Shown here: in pieces, positions 1-8,465 of the stretch
Layout of the letters: every line of letters starts with the position of its first letter
Numbering within the stretch: the first letter of the stretch is position 1
Origin: Candidatus Sericytochromatia bacterium
GTDB taxonomy: Bacteria; Cyanobacteriota; Sericytochromatia; S15B-MN24; UBA4093
Reading direction: 5' to 3'
Length of the DNA: 64,000 nucleotides
Assembly (NCBI GenBank): GCA_036676455.1
Contig: JAKFCW010000101.1
Location: forward strand, 5,211 to 69,210
Notes under the pieces: model-generated
Database searches by the model: none
Told to the model about the DNA's origin: nothing
The model's input: only the letters and a program-made list of their open reading frames with translations
Program-made: the position numbers and the translations under genes

Positions 1-437
1 TCGATCGAGAAGCACGAGACCACGTCCGCCGTGTTGCTCCGCCGGTGGAAGGCCAGCGATAGCTCCTGGAGGTGGGCGAAGACCTTGCGGCGCAGATCCC
101 GCTGGATCAGGCTGACGACCTTGGCGTACAGGTAGTCGCGCCCCAGGCTCGCCAGCGAGACCAGGACCAGGGCCCCCATGAGGGCGCTCAGGGTCCAGAC
201 GAGGGTCGCGTGCTGGTTCTTGGTGATCCCCTCGTCGATCAGGTGCTTGAAGCTCATGGGGATCAGCCCGGTGAAGCCCATCTCGAGCAGCAGCGCCAGC
301 AGGATGAGCAGCCCCTGGCCAGGATAGCGCGCGAAGGGCGCGCAGATGCGAGCGAGCGTCGCGCCCACACCGAGGACTTTCAGCGGCGCCGACTCGCCGT
401 CATGGCTGGCGGAAATCCGGAGGGGACCCGTGGACAT
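1..437 (-). CDS. ABC exporter, N-terminal transmembrane part (MsbA-like ABC_membrane region). The gene runs off the left edge.
   Basis: This ORF is absent from the track because it is open at the window edge. Reverse-strand reading from the ATG at 437 (AAGGAG 5 nt upstream) gives MSTGPLRISASHDGESAPLKVLGVGATLARICAPFARYPGQGLLILLALLLEMGFTGLIPMSFKHLIDEGI...LIQRDLRRKVFAHLQELSLAFHRRSNTADVVS. That is the typical start of a type-I ABC exporter membrane domain. Confidence 0.6.
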   Translation of the reverse strand, partial: MSTGPLRISASHDGESAPLKVLGVGATLARICAPFARYPGQGLLILLALLLEMGFTGLIPMSFKHLIDEGITKNQHATLVWTLSALMGALVLVSLASLGRDYLYAKVVSLIQRDLRRKVFAHLQELSLAFHRRSNTADVVSCFSI

Positions 438-555
438 GTGCGCTCCTTGCAGGGGGGATGGGGGACTACCAGCATATCATCGGGACCCTCTGGCCAACCG
501 GATGAAAACCGAGTAAAACATGTCAGTTCAGTAAACACCACGACGGCGCATCGCC

Positions 556-1242
556 ATGGGGGCAACCGTGATCCATCCGGCCACCGAGCTTCGCTTCATC
601 GACCCGGCCATCGGCTACGGGGTCTTCGCCACCCGCTTCATTCCCCGCGGAACCATCGTCTGGACCCTCGACGAGTTCGACCGCATCCTCAGCCGCGACC
701 AGGTGCGCGACCTGCCCGGCCTGCTGCGCGCCCAGGTGGAAACCTACGCCTACGTCGATTCGAACGGCCAGTTCATCCTCTGCTGGGATTTCGGCCGCTA
801 CATGAACCACTCCTGCGAGCCCACCAGCCGGAGCGTCGGAGAGGCCTTCGAGATCGCGGTCAGGGACATCCAGCCCGGCGAGCAGCTCACCTGCGAGTAC
901 GGCGTGCTCAACATGAGCGGCACGTTCGCCTGTGCCTGTGGCACGCCGTCGTGCCGGGGGAGAATCGGCGCGGAGGACCTCGCCTCGCACTGGCCGCGCT
1001 GGGATCAGGAGGCCGCGGAGGCCTTCCGCGCCTCCTTTGATGTCGAGCAACCCCTCCTGCCCTACGCCAAGCTGAGCTCGGGGGACCGGGCGATCGCCGA
1101 GGCCATCCGCGACGGCCGCCTGATCCCCCTGCCCAGCAGCCAGGACTACCAGGCCGAGGCCCCGGAGCGGGCGCCGGCGGGCGGCGGCCTCTGGGCCGTG
1201 GACGCTCCGGTCACGGCCTCCGAGCGATCGGCCTCCCGATGA
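556..1242 (+). CDS. SET-domain protein (putative lysine methyltransferase), 228 aa
   Basis: Contains GYGVFATRFIPRGTIV, the RYMNHSCEPT (NHSC) motif, GEQLTCEYG, and a post-SET-like Cys cluster FACACGTPSCRG. Confidence 0.75.
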   Translation: MGATVIHPATELRFIDPAIGYGVFATRFIPRGTIVWTLDEFDRILSRDQVRDLPGLLRAQVETYAYVDSNGQFILCWDFGRYMNHSCEPTSRSVGEAFEIAVRDIQPGEQLTCEYGVLNMSGTFACACGTPSCRGRIGAEDLASHWPRWDQEAAEAFRASFDVEQPLLPYAKLSSGDRAIAEAIRDGRLIPLPSSQDYQAEAPERAPAGGGLWAVDAPVTASERSASR

Positions 1243-1844
1243 TCCATCCCGATACCGCGCTCGTGCGGATCGATGAGACCGTCGGCTACGGCCTCGTCGC
1301 CACGCGCCCCCTGCCCCGGGGCACGATCACCTGGGTGCAGGACGCCCTCGACCAGGTCATGCCTCCCGAGCAATGGCGCCGCCTGCCGGCGGCCTACGCC
1401 GATCTGATCGACCGCTACACCTACGGAGACGCGCAGGACAACCGGATCCTGATCTGGGACCTGGGGCGCCAGATGAACCATTCCTGCGCGCCCAACTGCT
1501 TCGGCACGCTCTATGGCTTCGAGGTGGCCTTGCGCGACATCGCGGCCGGAGAGCAGCTGACCAACGACTACGGCACGCTCTTCCAGGAGCCCCACGAAGG
1601 CTTCGCCTGCACCTGCGGCGCCCATGGCTGCCGCGGAACCACCGGCGCCCCCATCACCCCGGATCAGCTCGCCCGGTTGCGCGCCATGCTGCGCGACTCC
1701 CTCGCGGAGCTGCCCTGGCGGCCCCAGCCCCTGGGCGTCCTGCTGCACCCGGATGCCCTGCTGAACGCTTGCCGCGATCTGGGCGCGGACGACGTCGTGA
1801 CGATGTCGGTCCGCGAGGCGCTCAGCGCCCGCCCCAGGTCGTGA
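1239..1844 (+). CDS. Second SET-domain protein, 201 aa, paralog of the upstream gene
   Basis: Contains GYGLVATRPLPRGTIT, RQMNHSCAPN, GEQLTNDYG and FACTCGAHGCRG. Its ATG overlaps the upstream TGA (ATGA at 1239-1242). Confidence 0.75.
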   Translation: MIHPDTALVRIDETVGYGLVATRPLPRGTITWVQDALDQVMPPEQWRRLPAAYADLIDRYTYGDAQDNRILIWDLGRQMNHSCAPNCFGTLYGFEVALRDIAAGEQLTNDYGTLFQEPHEGFACTCGAHGCRGTTGAPITPDQLARLRAMLRDSLAELPWRPQPLGVLLHPDALLNACRDLGADDVVTMSVREALSARPRS

Positions 1845-2640
1845 AGGTGGTGGACAGGGACGCGAAGGGACCCGGGGGATACGCGGACAGCGGGTCGTTG
1901 CCGAAGGCGTAGCCCGCAGCCAGGTAGGTGCCGCCGGCGGTCTGGAAGTGAAGCGCGACGTTGGTCCCGCTGTAATCGCTCTCGCCGCCGACGTGATCGA
2001 CCGCCAGGTACCACGGCCCAAGAGAGGGCGACTCGTAGCCCGCCATGAGCAGCGCCGTCGACGGGCCCGCGAACGGAAACGTCCCCAGGAAGCCGGCCGA
2101 CGCTCCCTGCAGGACCGCGGATCCGGCTCCCGCCGAGACGCGCCCCAGGTCGAGGTCCTTCCATGTCAGGGTCCTGGTGGCGGAGAGATAAATCAGGTTC
2201 AGGCTCTGGTCGGCCCGGCTCGGGTTGACCCCCATGAACCCCACGGCCAAGGCGGGCCAGAGGGCGTCCTCGCCCAGCAGCTGGCCCTTGAGGCTGAGCG
2301 CGACGCGGGCGTCGATGGGATCTCCGCCCCAGCCGATCAGGTCGGCCCCGAACTCCCAGCCCTCGAAGGCCTTGCCGGAGCCGCCATAGGCGAAGCCTCC
2401 TCCCAGGCCGAGGTTCAGGCCACCCCAGACCTGGTAGCCGTCAGGGTAGTAGGCGTCGTAAAGGAAGGCGCTCCCCTCGCCCGTGGCCTGGACCTCGCCG
2501 GTCGGGCAGGAGATGATGGAGGAGGGATAAGCACTCGCCTCTCGCGCCGGGGTGGCCAGCAACAGGCCCGCGAGCAGGAGGGCGCGACGCCGCACGCCGC
2601 ACGGCCGGAAGGGTTTCGACGCCAAGGCTTGGTCCTCCAT
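1822..2640 (-). CDS. Secreted Gly/aromatic-rich protein, probable outer-membrane beta-barrel
   Basis: Start is placed at the internal ATG at 2640 (MEDQALASKPFRPCGVRRRALLLAGLLLATPAREASA signal-like N-terminus). The rest shows alternating hydrophobic/aromatic strand patterns (GGFAYGG, WEFGADLIGWGG, YLAAGYAFG). The longer track ORF (to 2706) adds a non-signal extension. Confidence 0.5.
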   Translation of the reverse strand: MEDQALASKPFRPCGVRRRALLLAGLLLATPAREASAYPSSIISCPTGEVQATGEGSAFLYDAYYPDGYQVWGGLNLGLGGGFAYGGSGKAFEGWEFGADLIGWGGDPIDARVALSLKGQLLGEDALWPALAVGFMGVNPSRADQSLNLIYLSATRTLTWKDLDLGRVSAGAGSAVLQGASAGFLGTFPFAGPSTALLMAGYESPSLGPWYLAVDHVGGESDYSGTNVALHFQTAGGTYLAAGYAFGNDPLSAYPPGPFASLSTTFTTWGGR

Positions 2641-2802
2641 CTCTCGCTGTGTCGCTTGTCGCCTGGTGATGCCTCTAGGATGACACCGCGGGGGGTCAAC
2701 GGGCAAGGGTTTCGCCGGCGCTATCCATTCGGAGGGGGCGGGTATAAGTCCTGTAGCGATCGTCGTTGCCGCACGACCGCGCGCTCAGGAGGAAGAATCC
2801 CG

Positions 2803-3573
2803 GTGATCACGAATCTGCCTCTCAAGGACAACCCGAAGCTCGACGCCTTGATGGCCAAGCTGGAGGAGGACGGCTTCGTTCCGGCCTGCTGGAAGCTCGC
2901 CGACCTCAACTCGATCCGCGCGGGCGTCAACGACCATGGGCCCACCCACGTCAAGATCGTCGCCCACATCGCCTCGAAGCTGTACATGCTGCTGGCCGAG
3001 GCCGGCGTGCCCATGAGCGTCGTGACGGACCACGGCATGGATCCGCATGATGCCCAGGTGGTGGTCGTGATGGCCGCGTTGCTTCACGACATCGGCATGG
3101 ATGTGCACCGCGACAAGCACGAGGAGCACTCGCTCTTCATGGCCTACGAGTACCTCTTCGATCTCTACGACGCGGTCTACCCCGAAGCGCAGCGCATGAT
3201 CATGATCGGCGAGACCCTGCACGCCATGATTGGCCACAACTCCAGCAAGCGCTGCCTCACGATCGAGGCGGGCATCGTGAAGGTGGCCGACGCCCTCGAC
3301 ATGACCAAGTGGCGCTCGCGCTCGATCATCAAGACCGGCAAGGTCTCCATCCACGCGATCTCGGTCTCGGCGATCGACCGGGTCCAGATCGATCAGGGCA
3401 AGTCCAAGCCCATCGGCGTGGAGATCGTCATGAACTCCTCGGCGGGCATCTTCCAGGTGGACGATCTGCTCAAGCACAAGGTTCTCAAGAGTGGTATCCA
3501 CCCTTACATCGAGGTCTCGGCGCACATCGAGTCCGAGGCCGAGGACACGGTTCTGGGGGTCTACAACTTCTGA
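2803..3573 (+). CDS. HD-domain metal-dependent phosphohydrolase, 256 aa
   Basis: GTG at 2803 is preceded by AGGAGG at 2787-2792. Motifs are HVKIVAHIASK ... AALLHDIGMDVHR (H...HD). The 5' 855 nt of the track ORF 1948..3573 is antisense to the previous gene and lacks any motif. Confidence 0.75.
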   Translation: MITNLPLKDNPKLDALMAKLEEDGFVPACWKLADLNSIRAGVNDHGPTHVKIVAHIASKLYMLLAEAGVPMSVVTDHGMDPHDAQVVVVMAALLHDIGMDVHRDKHEEHSLFMAYEYLFDLYDAVYPEAQRMIMIGETLHAMIGHNSSKRCLTIEAGIVKVADALDMTKWRSRSIIKTGKVSIHAISVSAIDRVQIDQGKSKPIGVEIVMNSSAGIFQVDDLLKHKVLKSGIHPYIEVSAHIESEAEDTVLGVYNF

Positions 3574-3611
3574 TTCCACCCGCGCGAGCGTCGCTCCCGC
3601 TGCCCCATGAC

Positions 3612-3668
3612 CGTCACTCCCGCGAAAGCGGGAGTCCAGCCTGGATTCCCGCTTTCGCGGGAATGACG
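3612..3668. repeat. REP-like palindromic element, family 1 (double unit, head-to-head)
   Basis: Sequence is cgtcactcccgcgaaagcgggagtcc-agcct-ggattcccgctttcgcgggaatgacg. Each half is itself a hairpin. It lies between convergent genes, and translating it gives the tell-tale IPAFAGMT / SRESG(S/N)P peptides in the spurious ORFs 3309..3689 and 3561..3887. Confidence 0.85.
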
Positions 3669-3685
3669 ATCATGGGGTGTGGGTC

Positions 3686-5437
3686 TTAGACGGCCGATTT
3701 CTCGCGGCGGCCGACCCCCGCCGAGCGGCCCGAGGCCAGCCATGAGGCCTGGATCTCGCTTTGCAGGGACGTCGGAGCGGGAAGCGGCTCGATGACGTAG
3801 CGCTGATCGGCGCCCAGCCTCAGCATGGTCTCGCAGAGCTGATCGCCCCGGAAGAAGTGCACGGGCACCAGCTCGTCGGGCAGCCACTGCGCGGCGATCT
3901 GGGGCAGCAGCGCCTCGGTGGCGCGGTTCCCGCCAATGGCCACGACGTGGTCACCCGCCATGAGGCCGGCGGCTTGGGCGGCGCCGCCGGCCCGCACGTC
4001 CTCGACGTGAAGGCCGCCGTCGCGGCCCGTCAGGCGGGCCTGCAGGCTCGCCGTGCGGCTCGCGACCGCCAGGCCCAGGCCGGCATGCGCCAGGTACGGG
4101 GCCAGATCGGTCTCGCCCGGCGTGCGCAGGTGCAGCTCGAAGAACTCCGACAGGTCCACGCCGGCGACTTCCGAGGCGACAGCCTCCACGTCCGACGGGT
4201 GGTAGGGCATGTCCGTCTCGCCGAAGCGCGCCCACAGGGCCCGCATCACGTCATCGAGCGACTGGCGGTTCTCGGTGCGGTGCCGGATCTCAAGGTCGAG
4301 CGCGAGCCCCACCAGGGACCCCTTCAAGTAGTAGTTGATCGCCCCGTTCCAGCGGTCGTCCCCGAAGTTCCAGGTGATGAAGCTGGACTCCGAGAGGCTG
4401 GAGATTAGGCGGCCCGGCGATTGCTCGAGCATCTGCAGGCTGCCGGCCACGCCCCGGAGGTAGTCCGAGCGGTTCTGCAGGCCGGCGCGCAGGACCATCA
4501 GCTCGGTGTAGTACTCGGTCAGCCCTTCGACCACCCAGAGCGCCGTCGTGTGGGCCGGCTTCTGGTAATCGAACGGTCCCAGGCCCACCGGGCGCAGGCG
4601 CTTCACGTTCCAGGCGTGGAAGACCTCGTGGGCGGTCAGGGCGAAGAACCCGTGGGCATTGCCGTGCAGGTCCATCGGGCCGACGATCATCATCGAGTCC
4701 CGGTGCTCCAGGCCGTTGAGGAAGTTCTCGGGGCCGTGCTGGTACTGGAAGACGTAACGCGTGTAAGGCAGCTTCACGGCGTCAGCCTCCGGGCCCGACC
4801 AGAAGGCGGCTTCGGCCTCGACGATCCGCTTCAGGCCCTCGACCACCCGGTCGCGATCCATCGGGTAGGGCGCCTGCCAGGTGATCTCGTGCATCACGCC
4901 CAGCGCCTCGAAGCTGGCCCGCTCGAAGGTGCCGGCCTGGATCGGCGCGTCGATCAGGGCGTCGTAGCTGCTCGCCGTGTAGGTAAAGGGAGACGTCTCC
5001 TCCAGGGCCACGGAGATCTCCCAGCCCTCGGGCAGCGCGACATTGAGCTCGCAGGGCCAGTCCTGGCCGCCGGCGGGGTAGACGAAGATCGCCGCGCCGT
5101 TGATCATCGCATGGGTCGCGGTGACCTGGGCCTGGTGGATCTGGGGCTTGTCGCCGAAGACCTTGTAATCGACCGTGAAGTCGGCCCCGCCGTGGTGAAT
5201 CCGCCAGGTGTGCAGGTCGATCCGCTCGACCGGTAGGATCCCCTGGGGGCCCTTGGCGACCAGCGCGCGCAGGTTGCGGGCGTTGTCGACCAGCTTGTAG
5301 GCCCCGGGAGCCCAGCTCGGGAGCTTGAGGTCGATCGACGGTCCGGGAGCGTCCGCCACGTCGAGTTTCACCTCGAAGAGGTGGCAATGGGGCTGGGGCA
5401 TGGCGAGATGGTATCGCAAACGGGCGTGCTGAGGCAT
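3686..5437 (-). CDS. M61-family (glycyl aminopeptidase-like) zinc metallopeptidase with C-terminal PDZ domain, 583 aa
   Basis: The N-terminus YHLAMPQPHCHLFEVKL is typical of M61. The HEXXH motif is present as TAHEVFHAWN with a downstream E (VVEGLTEYY). A PDZ-like segment is LHVEDVRAGGAAQAAGLMAGDHVVAIGG. GGAGA RBS before the ATG at 5437. Confidence 0.8.
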   Translation of the reverse strand: MPQHARLRYHLAMPQPHCHLFEVKLDVADAPGPSIDLKLPSWAPGAYKLVDNARNLRALVAKGPQGILPVERIDLHTWRIHHGGADFTVDYKVFGDKPQIHQAQVTATHAMINGAAIFVYPAGGQDWPCELNVALPEGWEISVALEETSPFTYTASSYDALIDAPIQAGTFERASFEALGVMHEITWQAPYPMDRDRVVEGLKRIVEAEAAFWSGPEADAVKLPYTRYVFQYQHGPENFLNGLEHRDSMMIVGPMDLHGNAHGFFALTAHEVFHAWNVKRLRPVGLGPFDYQKPAHTTALWVVEGLTEYYTELMVLRAGLQNRSDYLRGVAGSLQMLEQSPGRLISSLSESSFITWNFGDDRWNGAINYYLKGSLVGLALDLEIRHRTENRQSLDDVMRALWARFGETDMPYHPSDVEAVASEVAGVDLSEFFELHLRTPGETDLAPYLAHAGLGLAVASRTASLQARLTGRDGGLHVEDVRAGGAAQAAGLMAGDHVVAIGGNRATEALLPQIAAQWLPDELVPVHFFRGDQLCETMLRLGADQRYVIEPLPAPTSLQSEIQASWLASGRSAGVGRREKSAV

Positions 5438-5561
5438 GGGTTCTCCGTTCTGGCTAGACGCGACCTCCTGATTTTAACCGAGTTCCAACGGCTTGTCCCC
5501 CCTTGCCGCATCGGCGCCCGCCCCGGCGGTGCTCGTCTCGGGGCTAAGCCATGCGCGAAGC

Positions 5562-5570
5562 GGGTATAAG
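5562..5570 (+). promoter_or_regulatory. Putative -10 element (GGGTATAAG)
   Basis: Member of the recurrent GGGTAwrAG motif, 27 nt upstream of the ATG at 5598. Confidence 0.3.
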
Positions 5571-5597
5571 ATCGCGCAAGAGAGGAGCCTCGTCTGC

Positions 5598-6371
5598 ATG
5601 CAGCTCAATCCCGACATCCTACTCGCCACCGAAGGAAGCCCGGAGCTTCTCAGCGGCGTCTCGGAGCGCCTCGACGCCGCCGCCCACTGGCTGGCTCCCT
5701 TGAGCGTCATCGGCTTCACCATCGAGGACCAAGGCCTCGACGGCAAGATTCCCCCCGAGCGTCTCGCCAAGATGGCCTCCCATGCCGAGCGTCTCATCAA
5801 GCGCTCGGTGCGCTCGGAGGCGACCGAGAAGCGCCGGGTCACCGACGCGCTATTCCGGGTGGGGCCCGTGCTCTTCCTGGTGCTCTACAACGCCGACCGG
5901 CAGAACTACCTGGTTCCGCTGGCCCGGATCATCGAGGCCTTGCGCCAGGAGGCCTACTCGGTGCTGGGCTCCACGGGGGCCGCTTATCGCCGGCGCATCG
6001 TGATCGGCTCCGCGACCTGGCTGCCCAAGCATGGCATGCTTTCCGCCGAAGCGGCGGTCGGCCGGGTGATCGAGGCGATGACCATGGCGCAGATCCTGCC
6101 GGCGACGGAAGAAGCCTACACGCGCCTGGGCATCACGGCCTCCGCCTCGGATGAGATTCGCTTGAACGAGTACGGCTGGGATGAGGCCCTGTTCCAGCTT
6201 CAGCTTGAGAAGGCGCAGGCTCCCGAGCCCCCGGGAGGCCGCGGCGCCAGGGCAGTCTCGGCCGAGAGCCGTGGAGCCGAGAAGAAGAAGTCCCCTGCCC
6301 AGAAGGCGGGTCGGAGCGCGCCCGCGAAGCCTCCGGCGCCGAAACCCTGGTGGCAGTTCTGGAAGCGCTGA
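5598..6371 (+). CDS. Hypothetical protein with Lys/Pro/Ala-rich basic tail, 257 aa
   Basis: ATG at 5598 is preceded by AGAGGAG at 5581-5587. No motif recognised. The C-terminus is AEKKKSPAQKAGRSAPAKPPAPKPWWQFWKR. Confidence 0.6.
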   Translation: MQLNPDILLATEGSPELLSGVSERLDAAAHWLAPLSVIGFTIEDQGLDGKIPPERLAKMASHAERLIKRSVRSEATEKRRVTDALFRVGPVLFLVLYNADRQNYLVPLARIIEALRQEAYSVLGSTGAAYRRRIVIGSATWLPKHGMLSAEAAVGRVIEAMTMAQILPATEEAYTRLGITASASDEIRLNEYGWDEALFQLQLEKAQAPEPPGGRGARAVSAESRGAEKKKSPAQKAGRSAPAKPPAPKPWWQFWKR

Positions 6372-6374
6372 ACG

Positions 6375-6404
6375 AAGAGGCCGGGCAATTGCCCGGCCTC
6401 TTCG
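6375..6404. terminator. Bidirectional hairpin terminator
   Basis: Perfect 13-bp stem gaagaggccgggc/gcccggcctcttc with an aatt loop, between convergent genes ending at 6371 (+) and 6477 (-). Confidence 0.7.
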
Positions 6405-6444
6405 ACTCCTGAGAATCGTCGGTGATTTTACCAGCGTGTCGCCC

Positions 6445-6479
6445 GGCTATCCGGCAACCGGCTATCCGGCAACCGGCTA
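6445..6479. repeat. Short tandem repeat (15-bp unit ggctatccggcaacc, about 2.3 copies)
   Basis: Direct reading of 6441-6480. It overlaps the stop codon of the small minus-strand ORF. Confidence 0.8.
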
Positions 6480-6686
6480 GCTGAAGGTGATGCCGCCACC
6501 CGGCTTGCTCGCGCGCTTCGCCTCGACCATGGCCAGGGCGAGGTAGGCGCAGTACTCTTCGTAGTCGGGATGGCCCTCGGGCGGCGTGTAATCCCGGAAC
6601 TTCTCCTGGAGCACCCGGTAGTGGTAAACCGTCGTCTTCTTGGTTGAACTCGTTGAACTTTGGGCTTGGGGGTCCTGCTCGTGCAT
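6477..6686 (-). CDS. Small hypothetical protein, 69 aa
   Basis: ATG at 6686 with GGGAG upstream. The composition (KFRDYTPPEGHPDYEEYCAYLALAMVEAKR) is protein-like, not Arg/Gly-rich antisense-like. No family recognised. Confidence 0.45.
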   Translation of the reverse strand: MHEQDPQAQSSTSSTKKTTVYHYRVLQEKFRDYTPPEGHPDYEEYCAYLALAMVEAKRASKPGGGITFS

Positions 6687-6818
6687 GCTTATACTCCCGC
6701 TCGACCAATGGTTGCCTAACCTGAACGTACCCGGTTTGCTTGCCTACCTAACGGTTTCTTCATCGCGCGTCTTGCCACCGGCAGGCAGGACGGATCGGCG
6801 AAGCAAGCCTATTTGCCT

Positions 6819-6827
6819 GGGTATAAA
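6819..6827 (+). promoter_or_regulatory. Putative -10 element (GGGTATAAA)
   Basis: Recurrent motif, upstream of the SLH gene with REP copy 6858..6912 in the leader. Confidence 0.25.
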
Positions 6828-6857
6828 CCCTTTGGATGGGCATCAGCCCTAGTAAGC

Positions 6858-6912
6858 CGTCACTTCCGCGAGAGCGGGAGTCCAGGGGATTCCCGCTCTC
6901 GCGGGAATGACG
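6858..6912. repeat. REP-like palindromic element, family 1 (double unit)
   Basis: Sequence is cgtcacttccgcgagagcgggagtcc-agg-ggattcccgctctcgcgggaatgacg, with the same architecture as 3612..3668. Confidence 0.85.
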
Positions 6913-6959
6913 AGCCTGGGGAAACCCGCGCATGTCGTCAACTCGGAAGGAGGGAGTCA

Positions 6960-7613
6960 TTGAGGGCTTGGGCTTTGCCGGCAGGCATGGTCGTGGCGGC
7001 GGGCGTGCTCGCTGCGGGTCTGGCGCCGGTCTGGGCGAAAGACGTCGGGGATGGCGATCGCCCCTTCACCCGCCGCGACCTCCTCGCGGCCTTGTACCCC
7101 TTGGTCAAGCGCATGGAGGCTCGGGGGGCGATCGCCCCGTCTACCATGCCGTCGATCATGACGTACGCGGATCTGGAGGGGCGTGACCGGGACTGGGCGG
7201 TCGAGCTGGCAAGCCAGTTCCACCTTTTCGTGGGCATGCCGGCCCTGACCACCGGGCGCTTCAATCCCTCGCTGCCTTTGACCCGCTGGGAAGCGAGCGT
7301 GGTGCTGGGAGAGCTGCTTGAGCGCACCCATCCGGAAGCCCGCAAGCTGCTGGCCTCGAACGAGCCCCGGGTCTTCTCGGATCTCACCCCCGCGGAGGGG
7401 CGGCGCCTGGAGCCGCTCGTCACGCAGGGCGTCTTGATCGGCTTTCCCGACCAGACCTTTCGCACACAGGAGCCGCTGACGCACGCGCAGTGGGCGCGCG
7501 TCTCGGAGCGGCTGGGCTCCCTCGACGCCTTCCAGGCCCCGGCCGCCGCTCCGCGCAAACCCCTCTCGCTGCAAGACGATTACCGGTTGCTCAATTCCGT
7601 GCGCGATCGTTGA
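6960..7613 (+). CDS. Secreted protein with two SLH (S-layer homology)-like domains, 217 aa
   Basis: TTG at 6960 lies 5 nt after GGAGGGAG. The signal peptide is LRAWALPAGMVVAAGVLAAGLAPVWA. SLH-like segments are YADLEGRDRDWAVELASQFHLFVGMPALTTGRFNPSLPLTRWEASVVL and FSDLTPAEGRRLEPLVTQGVLIGFPDQTFRTQEPLTHAQWARV. Confidence 0.55.
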   Translation: MRAWALPAGMVVAAGVLAAGLAPVWAKDVGDGDRPFTRRDLLAALYPLVKRMEARGAIAPSTMPSIMTYADLEGRDRDWAVELASQFHLFVGMPALTTGRFNPSLPLTRWEASVVLGELLERTHPEARKLLASNEPRVFSDLTPAEGRRLEPLVTQGVLIGFPDQTFRTQEPLTHAQWARVSERLGSLDAFQAPAAAPRKPLSLQDDYRLLNSVRDR

Positions 7614-7637
7614 CAGGTTTCGGACGCGCCGGGTTCT

Positions 7638-7646
7638 GGGTTTAAT
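7638..7646 (+). promoter_or_regulatory. Putative -10 element (GGGTTTAAT)
   Basis: Variant of the recurrent motif, about 70 nt upstream of the ATG at 7718. Confidence 0.25.
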
Positions 7647-7717
7647 GAGCATGACGCTTGCTTGCCCGGCATTTTGCCCGGCGGGCGGGAAACGTACACG
7701 CCGCAGAGGACTCCGTC

Positions 7718-8236
7718 ATGTTTGATTTCGGGGGCTGGTTCCAGAAGAAGCCGGAGCCGTCCAACCGCTACTCCGATCAGCTCAAGGAGCTTCGCAAGCA
7801 GGTTTCGACCGAGCACCGCCAGCGCTTCAAGCGCCTGCGCGAGGGTGCCGGTCTCTGGTTGACCACCGAGGACCGCAAGCAGGCTCAGTTGATGACCATT
7901 CGTGACATCGAGGCCTGGCTCGCGATGAAGCCCGCCGAATGTGAGGCCTGGTTCGAACGGGTAGAGACCTACATCCAGCAGAAGGATGCCAGCTGGCAGC
8001 GCTGGCAGCAGCACGAGGAGAGCCGGTCTGACCAGGACCCGGAGCCGGATCAGGGCGAGCTGGTGCGGGACATCCGCCATGCCGCCGAGCTGCTCGGAGT
8101 CGCCGTGGATGCCGACAAGACCGAGATCCGCCACGCCTATCGCGCTGCTAGCAAGCAGCACCACCCCGACATGGGCGGTGACGTCCGTCAGTTCACGGCC
8201 ATCCAGCATGCCTATGACGTCCTGATGAGCCGCTAG
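7718..8236 (+). CDS. Protein with C-terminal J domain (DnaJ-like co-chaperone), 172 aa
   Basis: ATG at 7718 follows AGAGGA. The C-terminus AAELLGVAVDADKTEIRHAYRAASKQHHPDMGGDVRQFTAIQHAYDVLMS carries the HPD motif. There is no Gly/Phe or zinc-finger region. Confidence 0.7.
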   Translation: MFDFGGWFQKKPEPSNRYSDQLKELRKQVSTEHRQRFKRLREGAGLWLTTEDRKQAQLMTIRDIEAWLAMKPAECEAWFERVETYIQQKDASWQRWQQHEESRSDQDPEPDQGELVRDIRHAAELLGVAVDADKTEIRHAYRAASKQHHPDMGGDVRQFTAIQHAYDVLMSR

Positions 8237-8252
8237 CCCAAACTAGCCTTTC

Positions 8253-8319
8253 GTTGCTACAGGTCAGCTTCGCTTTCCTCGTTGCCGGCCGCGGGCGCTC
8301 CGCAACAGCCGCGGCGCTC
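8253..8319. repeat. Intergenic repeat, family 2 (copy a, with a ~20-bp internal insertion)
   Basis: gttgctacaggtcagcttcgctttcctc...cgcaacagccgcggcgctc matches the copies at 16337..16380 (reverse complement) and 38354..38397. Confidence 0.7.
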
Positions 8320-8465
8320 ACCCTTCCGAAAAGTGAATCACCGCCGGGATCTGCGGGTACATGAAGGCACGTGACCGAGGTACCAGACACTCCCGCTGCG
8401 ACGCGCCATGATGGGGGCGTTGGGGCGAGCGCGCCTGCGGCTGGAAACGACGGGAAGGACGTGCC

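Noticed and set aside
72-1040. A 322-aa + strand ORF spanning the first kilobase.
   Set aside because: It overlaps the antisense of the ABC exporter start and an alternative frame of the first SET gene. Its composition is Arg/Pro/Gly-rich and it has no RBS or motif.
1948-2802. The 5' 285 codons of track ORF 1948..3573.
   Set aside because: It is antisense to the beta-barrel gene and Arg/Gly-rich. The HD-domain protein has a clean AGGAGG-GTG start at 2803.
3309-3887. ORFs 3309..3689(+), 3561..3887(-) and also 6760..6960(-), encoding ...IPAFAGMT... and ...SRESGNP... peptides.
   Set aside because: These peptides are simply the translation of the REP-like palindromes (family 1). The ORFs otherwise overlap real genes out of frame.
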